A DNA stretch of 64,000 nucleotides from Longimicrobiales bacterium. Its GTDB lineage: Bacteria; Gemmatimonadota; Gemmatimonadetes; Longimicrobiales; Gaopeijiaceae. The stretch is taken from positions 2,144,001 through 2,208,000 of the forward strand of contig OZ242008.1 in assembly GCA_965204735.1 (NCBI GenBank), given 5' to 3'. The notes beneath the pieces were generated by a model. The model made no database searches. It was not told where the DNA came from and saw nothing but the letters and a program-made list of their open reading frames with translations. Positions 49,701-57,221 of the stretch are shown here, piece after piece (the stretch's first letter is position 1; every line of letters begins with the position of its first letter). Position numbers and translations under genes: made by a program.

Positions 49701-52700
49701 CGAGCCCGTCCCCGATGCGTAGCCCGCCTGCCGCGTCTGCCCGCCGATCCCCAGCGCCAGCTGCGGCGTCCCCGTCACGTCCACCGCCTTGTTGAACGTC
49801 ACCGTCGCAACCACCGTGTCGCCGCGCTCGAACGTGCCGCCCGGCGGCGCCGCCACCGACAAGCCTGCGACCCCCGGCGGCCCCTGGCTACCGTCCACCT
49901 TGTGCGCCGCAGCGCTCGTCACCGCATGCGCGCCCAGCCCCAGCGCCGCAGCCGGCGCTCCAGGCCGCACGTCCGCAATCGTTCCGCCGTTCAGCGCGAG
50001 CGCGCTCGCACCGATGCTGATCCCGACCGTGTCCATGTCCACAGGACGAACCGCGTACGCGAACACCAGCGTGTCCACCTTGCTCGAAGCCGAATCGTAG
50101 CTCGCCTGTCGCGTCTGCGTTCCGATCGTCAGCGCCAGCCGCGGCGTGCCCGTCACCGCCACCGGACGACTGAACGCCACCTTCACCTCGATCTGCTCGC
50201 CCAGCTTGTACGTGCTGTCCGCCGCCGGCGCGCTCGATATCGTCACCGCGCTCACCGCCGGCGTCGTGAACGTCCCCGTAACCTTGTGCCCCGTGCTGTT
50301 CGCCACCGCATTCGAACCCAGGTCCAGCACAGCGTCCAACGTCCCACCCGCAACCTTGATCGTCCCGCCGTTCAGCGCCAAAGCGCTCGCGCCGATGCTC
50401 AATCCGTCCGCGTCCGTGTCGCCACTCGCCACCACGTACCGGAACACCAGCGTGTCCGTGCCCGTCCCGCTCGCGTAGCCCGCCTGCCGCGTCGCACTCC
50501 CGATTCCCAGCGCCAACTGCGGTGTCCCCGTCACGTCCACCGAACGGCTGAACGCCAGCGCCACCTCGATCGTCTCGCCCCGCTCGAAGGTGTCGCCCAC
50601 CGTCGGAGAACTGATCGACAACGCCGTCACGCCCGGAGGACCCAGACTCCCGTCCACCTTGTGCAAAGCAGCGTTCGCGATCGCGTGCGAACCCAACCCC
50701 AAGCTCGCGTTTGCCGTGGCGCCGGCGAGCACGATCGTACCCCCGTTCAGCGCCAAAGCGCTCGCACCGATGCTCAACCCGTCCAAATCGCTGTTCGCCG
50801 CCACCACCACGTAGCGGAACGTCAGCGTCCTCGTCTCCGAACCGCTCGCGTAGCTCGCCTGGACCGTGTCGCTGCCGATCTCCAGCGCCAGCTGCGGCGT
50901 CCCCGTCACCGCCACCGAACGCTCGAACTCCACCTCCACCTCGATCGCCTCCGTCCGGCCGTACGTCGAGTCGGCGCCCGCGTCGCTCGATATCGTCACC
51001 CCGCTCACGCCCGGCGCCACCTCCTTCGTCCCGTCCACCTGGAACGCCGCCGCGTCCGCAAAGTTCCACGGCGCCAAAGTCAGCCGCGCGTCCGTCGTCG
51101 TGCCCGTCCCACGGATCGTCGCGCCGCCCGGCAGCGTCAGCGCGCTCGCCCCAATGCTGATCCCCGTCGAGTCCGCGTCCTCAGCAGCCACCGTGTAGCA
51201 GAACACCAGGATGACGCCGCCCCCTGTCGTGCCGCACTGCGGAGCACTCCGCGTCTGCGCGCCGATCCCCAGCGCCAGACTCGGCGTCCCCGTCACCGTC
51301 ACGCCCGTGTTGAACCCAACCCCCACGCGTATCGGGTCGCCCAGACCGAACACGCTGTCCGTGCTCGCGTACGACAGCCCGCCGAGCGTCGCCGACAGGA
51401 AGAACACGCTCGTCACGTAGGGAATGTCGCCCGCAACCTTGTGCGCCGCCGCATTCGTGAACACGTGCGACCCCAACGCCAAGTTCGCCGCGTCCGACCA
51501 CAGCCGACTGTCCGCGATCGTGTCCGACGCGCTCACCGCCAGCGCGCCCGTTCCCACGCTGATCCCGTCCGCGTCCGCGTCCGTCGCCTGAACCACGTAC
51601 CGGAACGTCACCCGCGTGAACGTCGCGTCCCTGCGGTTGTACTCCGCCTGACGCGTCGAGTCGCCGACCGCCAAGGCCAGCTGCGGCGTCCCCCCCACGT
51701 ACACGCTCCGCACGAACTCCACCTCCACCTCGATCGCCTCGCCCCCCAAGTAAGTGTCGCCCACCGCCGGAGTGCTCGTTATCCTCATGCCCTTCACCAC
51801 CGGCGTCGTCCGCGTGTTGCCCGCAACCTTGTGCGCCGCGCTGTTCGAAATCACGTGGCCGCTCAGGCCCAGAACCGCGTCCGTCGTCGTCCCCATCCGC
51901 CGGATCGTGCCCCCGGACGGAGTCTCCAAAGCGCTCGCCCCGATGCTGATCCCGTCCGTGTCCGCGTCCGTCTGGAACACCGTGTACTCGAACTCCAGCG
52001 ACGTCGTCCCCGAACCTCTCACGTACAGCGCGTTCCGCGAACTCGAGCCGATCCCGAGCCGAACCCGCGGCCTGTTTGCACCTGTGCCCGTCACCGTCAC
52101 CGCAACGTCGAACTCCACCGTCACAACCACAACGTCGCTCAATTCGAACGTGCTGTCCGCCACAGCATCGCTGATCGACACCCCCGTCACCACCGGACGG
52201 TCGCCCGCCACCTTGTGCGCCCCAGCGTTCGCGATCGCATGAGAACCCAGTCCCAGCTCCGCCGTCACCGTCGCGCCCGCCTTGTTGATCGTCCCGCTGT
52301 TCAACCCCAACGCGCTCGCGCCAATGCTCAACCCGTCCGCGTCCGCGTCCGTCGCCGCCACCGTGTAACGGAACGTCAGCGAATCCGTCCCCGTCCCGCC
52401 CGCGTAGCCCGCCTGCCGCGTCGCCGCCCCGATCCCCAACGCCACCTGCGGCGTCCCCGTCACGTCCACCGCCTCGCTGAACTTCACCCACACCTCGATC
52501 CGCTGGCCCACCCCGTACGTGCTGTCCGAGCCCGTCGTGCTCGCGAGCCCCGCGCCCGCCACCACCGGCACGCCCTGCAAACCGTCCACCTTGTGCGCCG
52601 CAGCGTTCGACACCGCGTGCGCGCCCAGCGACAAGTCCGCCCGCGCCGTGCCCCCGACGCGCGTGATCGGCGCCGCGAAGTTGCTGAAAGCGTTCGCCGG

Positions 52701-54203
52701 GATGCTGATCCCGTCCGCGTCCAAGTCCGCGCGCGTCACCGTGTACCGGAAGAACACGTCGTCCGCGTCCTTCGAGTACCAGCCCGCCGCCCGAACGTTG
52801 TCCCCGATCTCCAGGTTCAGCGTCATGTTGCCCAGGAAGTTCGGCGTCACCACCGCACGGTCGAACTGAACCCGCACGTTGATGTTGTCGCCCGCAGCGT
52901 ACGTCGAGTCCGTGCCCGCGCCGCTCAAGAACGTCACCGCCGATATCCTCGGCACGATCAGCGCGCCGTTCACCTTGTGCGCACCAGCGTTGGTGATCGC
53001 GTTGGCGCCGAGCGACAGCGTCGCGTCCACCGCCGTGCCCGCGTTCCTGATCGTCGCGCCGGACGGGGCCGCCAGCGCGCTCGCGCCGATGCTTATCCCG
53101 TCCGCGTCCGTGTCCGCCGCCACCACCGCGTACTCGAACACCAGCGTGTCCGTGCCCGTCCCGCTCGAGTAGGCCGCCTGCCTGGTCTGCGTGCCGATCC
53201 CCAAAGCCAGCTGCGGCGTCCCCGTCACGTCCACGTTCCCGCTGAACGCCACCGCCACCCGAATCCGCTCCGCCCGACCGTACGTGCTGTCCGCAGCGAC
53301 CGGCGTGCTCGCCACGGCCACCCCGGTCACCGTCCGCCTCGCCGTCCCCCCTTGCACCTTGTGGGCCGCGGGGTTCGCGATCGTGTGGCCGCTCAGGCTC
53401 AGTATCGCGTTCTTCGAGCCGAGCCTGATCGTCCCGCTGTTCAGCGACAACGCGCTCGCGCCGATGCTGAGCCCGTCCGCGTCCACGTCCGACGACGCCA
53501 CCACGTACCGGAACACCAGCGACGCCGTGCCCGTCCCGCTCGCGTAGTTCGCCTGCCGCGTCGCCGCACCGATCCACAGCGCCAGCTGCGGCGTGCCCGT
53601 CACCGCCACCGTCGAGTCGAACGTCACCGTCACCGCAATCGTATCCCCAGCATAGTACGTGCTGTCGACGCCCGCGCTGCTGGATATCGTCACCCCCGTC
53701 ACCTTGGGATACCCCTGGACGCCGTCCACCTTGTGGGCCGCAGCGTTCGTGATCGTCTTGCCCGTCAAGCTCTCGTTGATTCGTGAACCACTGGCGGCAC
53801 CGTCCAGATCGTGAGGACCCATCTGGGTGACGCTGATCCCGTCCGCGTCCGCGTCCGACGTCTGCACAAGGTACCAATACTCTATCCAGCTGAACCCAGT
53901 GCTGTATCCTGGAAGTGGGGTATTTGCGGTGAACGTTCCGGTTCCACCCCTCGCCCGTGCGTACCTGGTTGTCGTCCCGATCGTCATATGCACGGCCGCA
54001 CCGTCGGTTTGGGCAAAGTCCACACCGGCACTGAAGTACGCCCTGATCTTGATGGTGTCGTCCGCCGCGTACGTGTTGTCCGAACCCGACGAGCTGACGA
54101 TCTTCAGACTGTCCACGTTTTGGGCGCTCAGCGGCGCCGGCGCCGCGATCCCGAACGCCGCCAGCAGGCCGAGGGCCGCGAGCGCGGTTCTGGCTGCCGG
54201 CAT
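43767..54203 (-). CDS. Giant autotransporter-like adhesin, 3478 aa: signal peptide, 17 x ~120-aa beta-rich repeats, 5 cadherin-like domains, an Ig-like domain and a C-terminal beta-barrel
   Basis: Repeat consensus VTGTPQLALxIGxxTRQAxYxSGTGTxxLxFxYxVxxxDxDxDGISIGASALxLNGGTI...HKVxG. Cadherin motifs AEN..GxVxAxDxD...DVNE(A/G)P. TGWTLWGQ...YLGLDYRF...GGRYDGGDAETGMG barrel ending ITFK. Confidence 0.92.
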   Translation of the reverse strand: MPAARTALAALGLLAAFGIAAPAPLSAQNVDSLKIVSSSGSDNTYAADDTIKIRAYFSAGVDFAQTDGAAVHMTIGTTTRYARARGGTGTFTANTPLPGYSTGFSWIEYWYLVQTSDADADGISVTQMGPHDLDGAASGSRINESLTGKTITNAAAHKVDGVQGYPKVTGVTISSSAGVDSTYYAGDTIAVTVTFDSTVAVTGTPQLALWIGAATRQANYASGTGTASLVFRYVVASSDVDADGLSIGASALSLNSGTIRLGSKNAILSLSGHTIANPAAHKVQGGTARRTVTGVAVASTPVAADSTYGRAERIRVAVAFSGNVDVTGTPQLALGIGTQTRQAAYSSGTGTDTLVFEYAVVAADTDADGISIGASALAAPSGATIRNAGTAVDATLSLGANAITNAGAHKVNGALIVPRISAVTFLSGAGTDSTYAAGDNINVRVQFDRAVVTPNFLGNMTLNLEIGDNVRAAGWYSKDADDVFFRYTVTRADLDADGISIPANAFSNFAAPITRVGGTARADLSLGAHAVSNAAAHKVDGLQGVPVVAGAGLASTTGSDSTYGVGQRIEVWVKFSEAVDVTGTPQVALGIGAATRQAGYAGGTGTDSLTFRYTVAATDADADGLSIGASALGLNSGTINKAGATVTAELGLGSHAIANAGAHKVAGDRPVVTGVSISDAVADSTFELSDVVVVTVEFDVAVTVTGTGANRPRVRLGIGSSSRNALYVRGSGTTSLEFEYTVFQTDADTDGISIGASALETPSGGTIRRMGTTTDAVLGLSGHVISNSAAHKVAGNTRTTPVVKGMRITSTPAVGDTYLGGEAIEVEVEFVRSVYVGGTPQLALAVGDSTRQAEYNRRDATFTRVTFRYVVQATDADADGISVGTGALAVSASDTIADSRLWSDAANLALGSHVFTNAAAHKVAGDIPYVTSVFFLSATLGGLSYASTDSVFGLGDPIRVGVGFNTGVTVTGTPSLALGIGAQTRSAPQCGTTGGGVILVFCYTVAAEDADSTGISIGASALTLPGGATIRGTGTTTDARLTLAPWNFADAAAFQVDGTKEVAPGVSGVTISSDAGADSTYGRTEAIEVEVEFERSVAVTGTPQLALEIGSDTVQASYASGSETRTLTFRYVVVAANSDLDGLSIGASALALNGGTIVLAGATANASLGLGSHAIANAALHKVDGSLGPPGVTALSISSPTVGDTFERGETIEVALAFSRSVDVTGTPQLALGIGSATRQAGYASGTGTDTLVFRYVVASGDTDADGLSIGASALALNGGTIKVAGGTLDAVLDLGSNAVANSTGHKVTGTFTTPAVSAVTISSAPAADSTYKLGEQIEVKVAFSRPVAVTGTPRLALTIGTQTRQASYDSASSKVDTLVFAYAVRPVDMDTVGISIGASALALNGGTIADVRPGAPAAALGLGAHAVTSAAAHKVDGSQGPPGVAGLSVAAPPGGTFERGDTVVATVTFNKAVDVTGTPQLALGIGGQTRQAGYASGTGSAALVFRYVVVTADADTDGLSVGASALALNGGTIDVAGGTTDALLSLAHHAISNDGALRVAGGTFTAASVSGVTITSSPAGASTYGLSEEIEVEVTFDRNVTVTGAPQLALTIGSQTRQAAYDSATSVAAGGGVLTFRYTVAAADADTDGISIGASALALNGGTISDARDGSTAASLGLGSHAISNSTGHRVDGTQGPPGVSGVSVASPPIGDTFERGDTVVATVTFNKGVDVTGTPQLALTIGAATKQASYASGTGTASLVFRYVVVQADADADGLSIGATALALNGGMIDVAGGAVDAVLGLGAHAVTNSAGHKVAGGTFTAASVSGVSLTSSPAVGTTYARGEQIEVQVTFNRRVAVTGTPQVALTVGAQTRQADYASGTGTHTLTFRYTVVAADADADGIEVGASALALNSGTLNDARDGTTAAALGLGSHALSAAAGHKVDGTLAGASVTGVAVSSTPESGDTYGLGERIEVQVTFDRAVTVTGAPQLALTVGTTTRQASYVGGSGTATLSFAYRVQGAGSGGSGTGGVDADADGVGVAAAALTLNGATIVNTADGVRPAVLALGSHAIAAAANDKVNGTVEAVPAVMAMAVTSTPGASGLYGPRSVIRVTVTFSRPVEVVGAPQLSIEIGTAVRQASYVSGSGTPAVVFEYVVQPADRDEDGISIAADALTATGGAALRIAGGTTAAALDLSGHEMENLEEHQVNGAGGTDPVFGRAEYEFELTEDVSGPVVVGTVSATDPFGGEVAYSLAAGDEGLFEVDARTGEVRYVGTGEDAESRSEFVMIVRATADDGERTGDATVTVRLVNVNDAPVFTAERYAFAMAENVAGPLALGAVEAVDLDEGDTLTYRLAAGDADRFAVDGATGEVRYVGGGEDYEGAGPKSWELEVTATDLAGSSARALVAVALTNVNEGPAFADSAYAFDLAENERGPLLLGAVRATDPDGGDWLSYALTAGDAERFKVNATSGAVQYVGAGEDAETGPGSWDLEMTATDRGGLAARARVVVTLEDRNEGPVFVESIWEWELAEHVAGPVELGAVEATDVDAGDTLRYSLSGTRAALFDVGESSGAVRYVGAGEDAETGPDGWEFEVVATDRAGLAAVAKVRVVLLDVNEAPAFVDSAYAFELAENVRGPRELGRVEATDPDRGDALTYSLAQGDAGRFQVDGASGQVRYVGGGEDYEDGPPEFALTVRVTDVGGLTAEAAVVVTLLDVNEGPEAVGSLSPPVLEVGGAPWEVGLGEYFRDPDGDALSYVVVSSSPDVAAASVSGAGRLSVAPREIGAAVVTVTATDAGGLTATQQASVTVSASRADRARALKLTLAAFGRSLGTETVDAIGGRLGLESSGSLGRSHVQLGGRSLSCVAFGGGRGSGGVSSGTASAHAGPDEGGAGLGGGVLGGRCGLESLVRNATGLLGLQITHPGAAGSGLGGIPGGTLDLATILFGDGGAGLGAGGGSLGLGGSYQGQREEDALPAERTRGGVAFSPLTGRDLRSRSSFQLSFGGSGGEQDNADTHAGAASRSPGASPAQTASQTGWTLWGQANVGEFEGRPEDDFTMDGRTRSAYLGLDYRFGSGFLMGLAGSRSDMAANYESGINGVGKTKAHLTSLYPYASWSSQGGFGVWGLAGAGRGAANVGETGPTYDADLRMRMGALGVRQQLVGGLALKADAFAVRMTTDASNGHVAAVKADAQRVRLAPELGGQWTSGSIAMRTRIEVGGRYDGGDAETGMGAEAGADLGFVHVGSGLSLDARGRMLLIHQDRNFKEWGAAVALRVQPGREDGGLSFSLEPSWGNASGGAQTLWQGGADVWRSGGVPGLGWPGPAVQRNGVPAAGDQAGHGSPTDQGGPTGHGGPAGPGSPTSNGDGPTHGFPSAYGLGAHQDARGWTPDRLAMEVGYGVALPGGGRIKPFGRWSREGAAGYRLNVGTQWATLGGETAEQQAPGLRLVMDFFGEQVANGVQLPERRVGVVGTITFK

Positions 54204-54304
54204 CAGGGCAGACCTAATAATAAGACCGAGCGCCCGATCCAGGTTGCTGACTGAAGTCGCCCCGGGAAAATCCAGGGGGGGGGGGGGGGGGGGGGGGGGG
54301 ACAT
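54203..54304 (-). CDS. Out-of-frame poly-Pro leader ORF (33 aa); probable true 5' end of the giant adhesin gene
   Basis: AGGAGA (54309-54314), then ATG 54304, then T-C26. Reads MS-P8-WIFPGRLQSATWIGRSVLLLGLP*; its TGA overlaps ATG 54203. Confidence 0.55.
   Translation of the reverse strand: MSPPPPPPPPWIFPGRLQSATWIGRSVLLLGLP
54275..54300. repeat. Homopolymer G26 (C26 on coding strand)
   Basis: 26 consecutive G. Confidence 0.9.
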
Positions 54305-54336
54305 GAACTCTCCTACTTCACCATGAGGTGCGCCGA

Positions 54337-54489
54337 CCAGGGGGTGGCGGGCGGCCAGGGGGGTGGCGGGCGACGGCGACACCGATAAGGTCAAAGGCAC
54401 CCGCGACAAGGTCAAGGCATCCGGCCAAAGAACTGGCGACCCGCCTGGTCGCAACGCCGGGGTGACGACCGCAACGCCGGGGTGACGAC
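54337..54489. repeat. Three adjacent short tandem duplications upstream of the giant adhesin
   Basis: ccaggggg(g)tggcgggcg x2 (54337-54372); cga(t/c)aaggtcaa(a)ggca x2 (54383-54422); cgcaacgccggggtgacgac x2 (54450-54489). Confidence 0.85.
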
Positions 54490-54530
54490 AATATCCCCAT
54501 CGGCCCAACAGCAGCACCGAGATCGCAGGC

Positions 54531-57221
54531 TCACCGCCCGGCCGCCGGAGCTGGACGACCCCCGTAGAACGCCTCCACGTGGCGTCGGGCCTCGGCCCAT
54601 GGTCCCTTGACCAATGGCATGGGCGGCAACGTTTCCCGCATGACCCGGCCGTAGCGCTTCCGGAGGATGCGGTCGTCCAGCAGCACGACCACGCCCCGGT
54701 CGGTGCGGCGGCGGATCAGGCGGCCCACGCCCTGCTTGAGGCGAATCGCGGCGTCGGGGACCATGAACTCCCAGAACGAGTTCTTGCCCCGTTCCTCCAT
54801 TGCCTCGACCCGGGCTTCGGTGACGGGCTCGGTGGGCACGCGGAAGGGCAGCTTCTGGACCACCAGCGCGCGGAGCGGGTCGCCGGGCACGTCCACCCCC
54901 TCCCAAAACGACGCCGTGCCCAGCAGGACGGCCGCCCCCGACTCGGTGAAGCGCTGGAGAAGCGCGGAACGGTCGGCCTCGCCCTGCACCTGGAGCGGCC
55001 AGCGGGCTTCGGCGCCGCGCGCGCGCAACTCCCGCGCCACCCCCCGCAGCGCGGCGTAGGAGGTGAAGAGCGCGAAGAGGCCCCCGCCCGAGCGCTCCGC
55101 CACGTCGTGGACCACGCCGGCGACGGCGCGGTGGTAGGCGTCGCCCGCGTCCCGCTCCCGGCCCGGCGCGGGCAGGCCCGTGGGCACCACCAAGCAGGCC
55201 TGGGACCGGTAGTCGAAGGGCGAGTCGAAGGCGGCTTCGGCAGGGGGCGGGAGAGGGTCGGGCGGTGGCGGGAGAGGGTCGCTGTCCAGCAACGTGGGCG
55301 TCGTCGCGCGCGCCGCCGGGCCGGGGCCGCCGCCGGAGAGGCCCAGGCGGTCCTTCAGGTAGCCGAAGCCGCCGTCGGCGGTCAGGGTCGCCGAGGTGAG
55401 GACGGTGGTCTTCGCGGCGCCGAAGAGGTGCTCGGCCAAGATGGGGCCCGGCTCCACGGGGGCGGTGGCCATCACCAAGTTGCCGACGCGGCCGATCCCG
55501 CCCGAAGCGGCCCGCTCGCCGGAGCCGGGCCCCGGGCCCGCCTGCCGCCGGGGGCGCCGGAGCTCGATCCAGCGCACGATGCGCGGGCCGTCTTCCGGGC
55601 CCGGGAGGAGGCAGCGGCGCAGGGCGGTCTCCGCATGATCCATCCGGTTCGACGAACTTCGCAGGTCGAGCAGGCGGCCTTCCAGCTCGGGGGCCATTTC
55701 CTCCTCCCCCTCCAAGCGGTCGTAGAGCGACTCCAGCTCCCGCCGCACGTCCGCCAGCGACGCGAGCGCCCGGTCCAGGGACTCGGCCACCGCCGAATCG
55801 TCCGTGGGCTCCAACCCGGCGGAAGAGGCGGCCCCGCCGGCGCCCGACCCGCCCGGCGCTCCCAGCCGCAACGGGCCGCGTCCGGCGCGCTCCTCGGCCC
55901 AAGGCTCCATGAAGCCGAAGAACTCGGTGAGGGCCTTCCGCAGCTCCTCGACCTTGCTCCGGGTCCGGCGGAAGCGGGCCGCCAGCGCCTCCGCCTCCTG
56001 GGGGCCGACGGCGGAGCGGGCCGCCGCTTCGATGGAGGGCAGCACGCCCTTTCCCTGCCGGTGGAGACGGGAGACGGCTCGGAAGAGCCCGGCCCGAGTG
56101 GCCTGGGTGCCCAAGCGGTCGGTGGCGGCGTCCTCCAGATGGTGGGCCTCGTCGAAGACGACGCGCCTGTACGGGGGCAGGACCGCCGCGTCGCGGAAGT
56201 TGTCGGTGGCGATCCGGACCGCCAAGTCGGAGAAGAAGAGGGCGTGGTTGACGACCAGCAGGTCGGCGGCGGCGGCCCTGCGGCGCGCTCGCTGGTAGTG
56301 GCAGGCCTGGAAGTAGGGACAGCGGGCGCGCATGCAGGCGTCGGTGTCGCTGCGGACTTCCTCCCAGACGTCGGGGGCGGGCGCGAAGCCCAGGTCGGCC
56401 AGGGAGCCGTCGTCGGTGTTGCGGAGCCACTCCAGGACCGCCGCGATCTCGTCGGAGCGGTCGCTGCGGAAGAGAGTGGCCGCCGACTCCCCCGCCAGGA
56501 ACGCCCGACGGATCGACACGTAGTTGGCCCGGCCCTTCACCAGGGCCCACCTGATCTCTTCGCCCAGCACCTCCTCGGCCAGCGGAATGTCCTTCCGGAC
56601 CAGCTGCTCCTGAAGGTTGATCGTGTTGGTGGAGACCACCGTCCGCTCGTGGTTGCGCACCGCCCACCGCGCCGCCGGCACCAGGTAGGCCATCGACTTG
56701 CCCGTCCCGGTCCCCGCCTCCACCAGCCCGGTCCCGCCCTCGTTGAAGCGCTCCGCCACGAAGCGCAGCATCGCCCGCTGGCCCGCCCGGTCCTCGTAGC
56801 CCGCCATCGAAGCCATCGCCCCGCCGGGGGCCGCGACGCCTTCCAGCTCGTCCACATCCAGCAGCTCGATCCGCTTCGGCGCCGGGGGCTCGACCACCAC
56901 GTACATCCGGTCGGCCCGGTTGCTGACGATGGCGCTGCCCAGCCCCTCGTCGTGAAGGCGGGCGGCCACGTCCAGGTCCGCGTCCGACGGATCGAGGACG
57001 CCCGACGGGTGGTTGTGGATCATCAACCCGCCCTCGGGCGCGTCCCGGGCGACGGCAAGCACCGCGGAGCGGCTCCCCCGGGCGACGGCCCTGGGGTTGA
57101 CGACCACCCGGTCGCGAGTCACCTCGGCCAGGAACGAGACTTCCCGACCGCCGGCCCGGGCCACCTCGTCGCGAACGACCCGCGCGGCCTCCGGAGCCAG
57201 CCGGAGGGGCAAGGCGGTCAC
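54531..57221 (-). CDS. DinG/YoaA-family helicase with N-terminal JAB/MPN domain
   Basis: JAB: GREVSF...IHNHPSGVLDPSDAD. Helicase: EAGTGTGKSMAYL, STNTINLQEQL, KGRANY, FDEAHHLE, TSATL, LFTSY, FWEGVDVPG, QGVGRLIR. GTG 57221 overlaps the upstream stop. Confidence 0.92.
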   Translation of the reverse strand: MTALPLRLAPEAARVVRDEVARAGGREVSFLAEVTRDRVVVNPRAVARGSRSAVLAVARDAPEGGLMIHNHPSGVLDPSDADLDVAARLHDEGLGSAIVSNRADRMYVVVEPPAPKRIELLDVDELEGVAAPGGAMASMAGYEDRAGQRAMLRFVAERFNEGGTGLVEAGTGTGKSMAYLVPAARWAVRNHERTVVSTNTINLQEQLVRKDIPLAEEVLGEEIRWALVKGRANYVSIRRAFLAGESAATLFRSDRSDEIAAVLEWLRNTDDGSLADLGFAPAPDVWEEVRSDTDACMRARCPYFQACHYQRARRRAAAADLLVVNHALFFSDLAVRIATDNFRDAAVLPPYRRVVFDEAHHLEDAATDRLGTQATRAGLFRAVSRLHRQGKGVLPSIEAAARSAVGPQEAEALAARFRRTRSKVEELRKALTEFFGFMEPWAEERAGRGPLRLGAPGGSGAGGAASSAGLEPTDDSAVAESLDRALASLADVRRELESLYDRLEGEEEMAPELEGRLLDLRSSSNRMDHAETALRRCLLPGPEDGPRIVRWIELRRPRRQAGPGPGSGERAASGGIGRVGNLVMATAPVEPGPILAEHLFGAAKTTVLTSATLTADGGFGYLKDRLGLSGGGPGPAARATTPTLLDSDPLPPPPDPLPPPAEAAFDSPFDYRSQACLVVPTGLPAPGRERDAGDAYHRAVAGVVHDVAERSGGGLFALFTSYAALRGVARELRARGAEARWPLQVQGEADRSALLQRFTESGAAVLLGTASFWEGVDVPGDPLRALVVQKLPFRVPTEPVTEARVEAMEERGKNSFWEFMVPDAAIRLKQGVGRLIRRRTDRGVVVLLDDRILRKRYGRVMRETLPPMPLVKGPWAEARRHVEAFYGGRPAPAAGR

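Noticed and set aside
44055..53786. Very long plus-strand ORFs (1557 aa, 1675 aa) and similar long ORFs opposite valS, RND, purH and dinG
   Set aside because: Shadow frames of real high-GC genes; Arg/Pro/His-rich with no recognisable motifs.
43767..54203. Diversity-generating retroelement acting on the adhesin
   Set aside because: No reverse transcriptase in the window. Repeat differences include indels and are not adenine-specific, and no TR/VR pair was seen.
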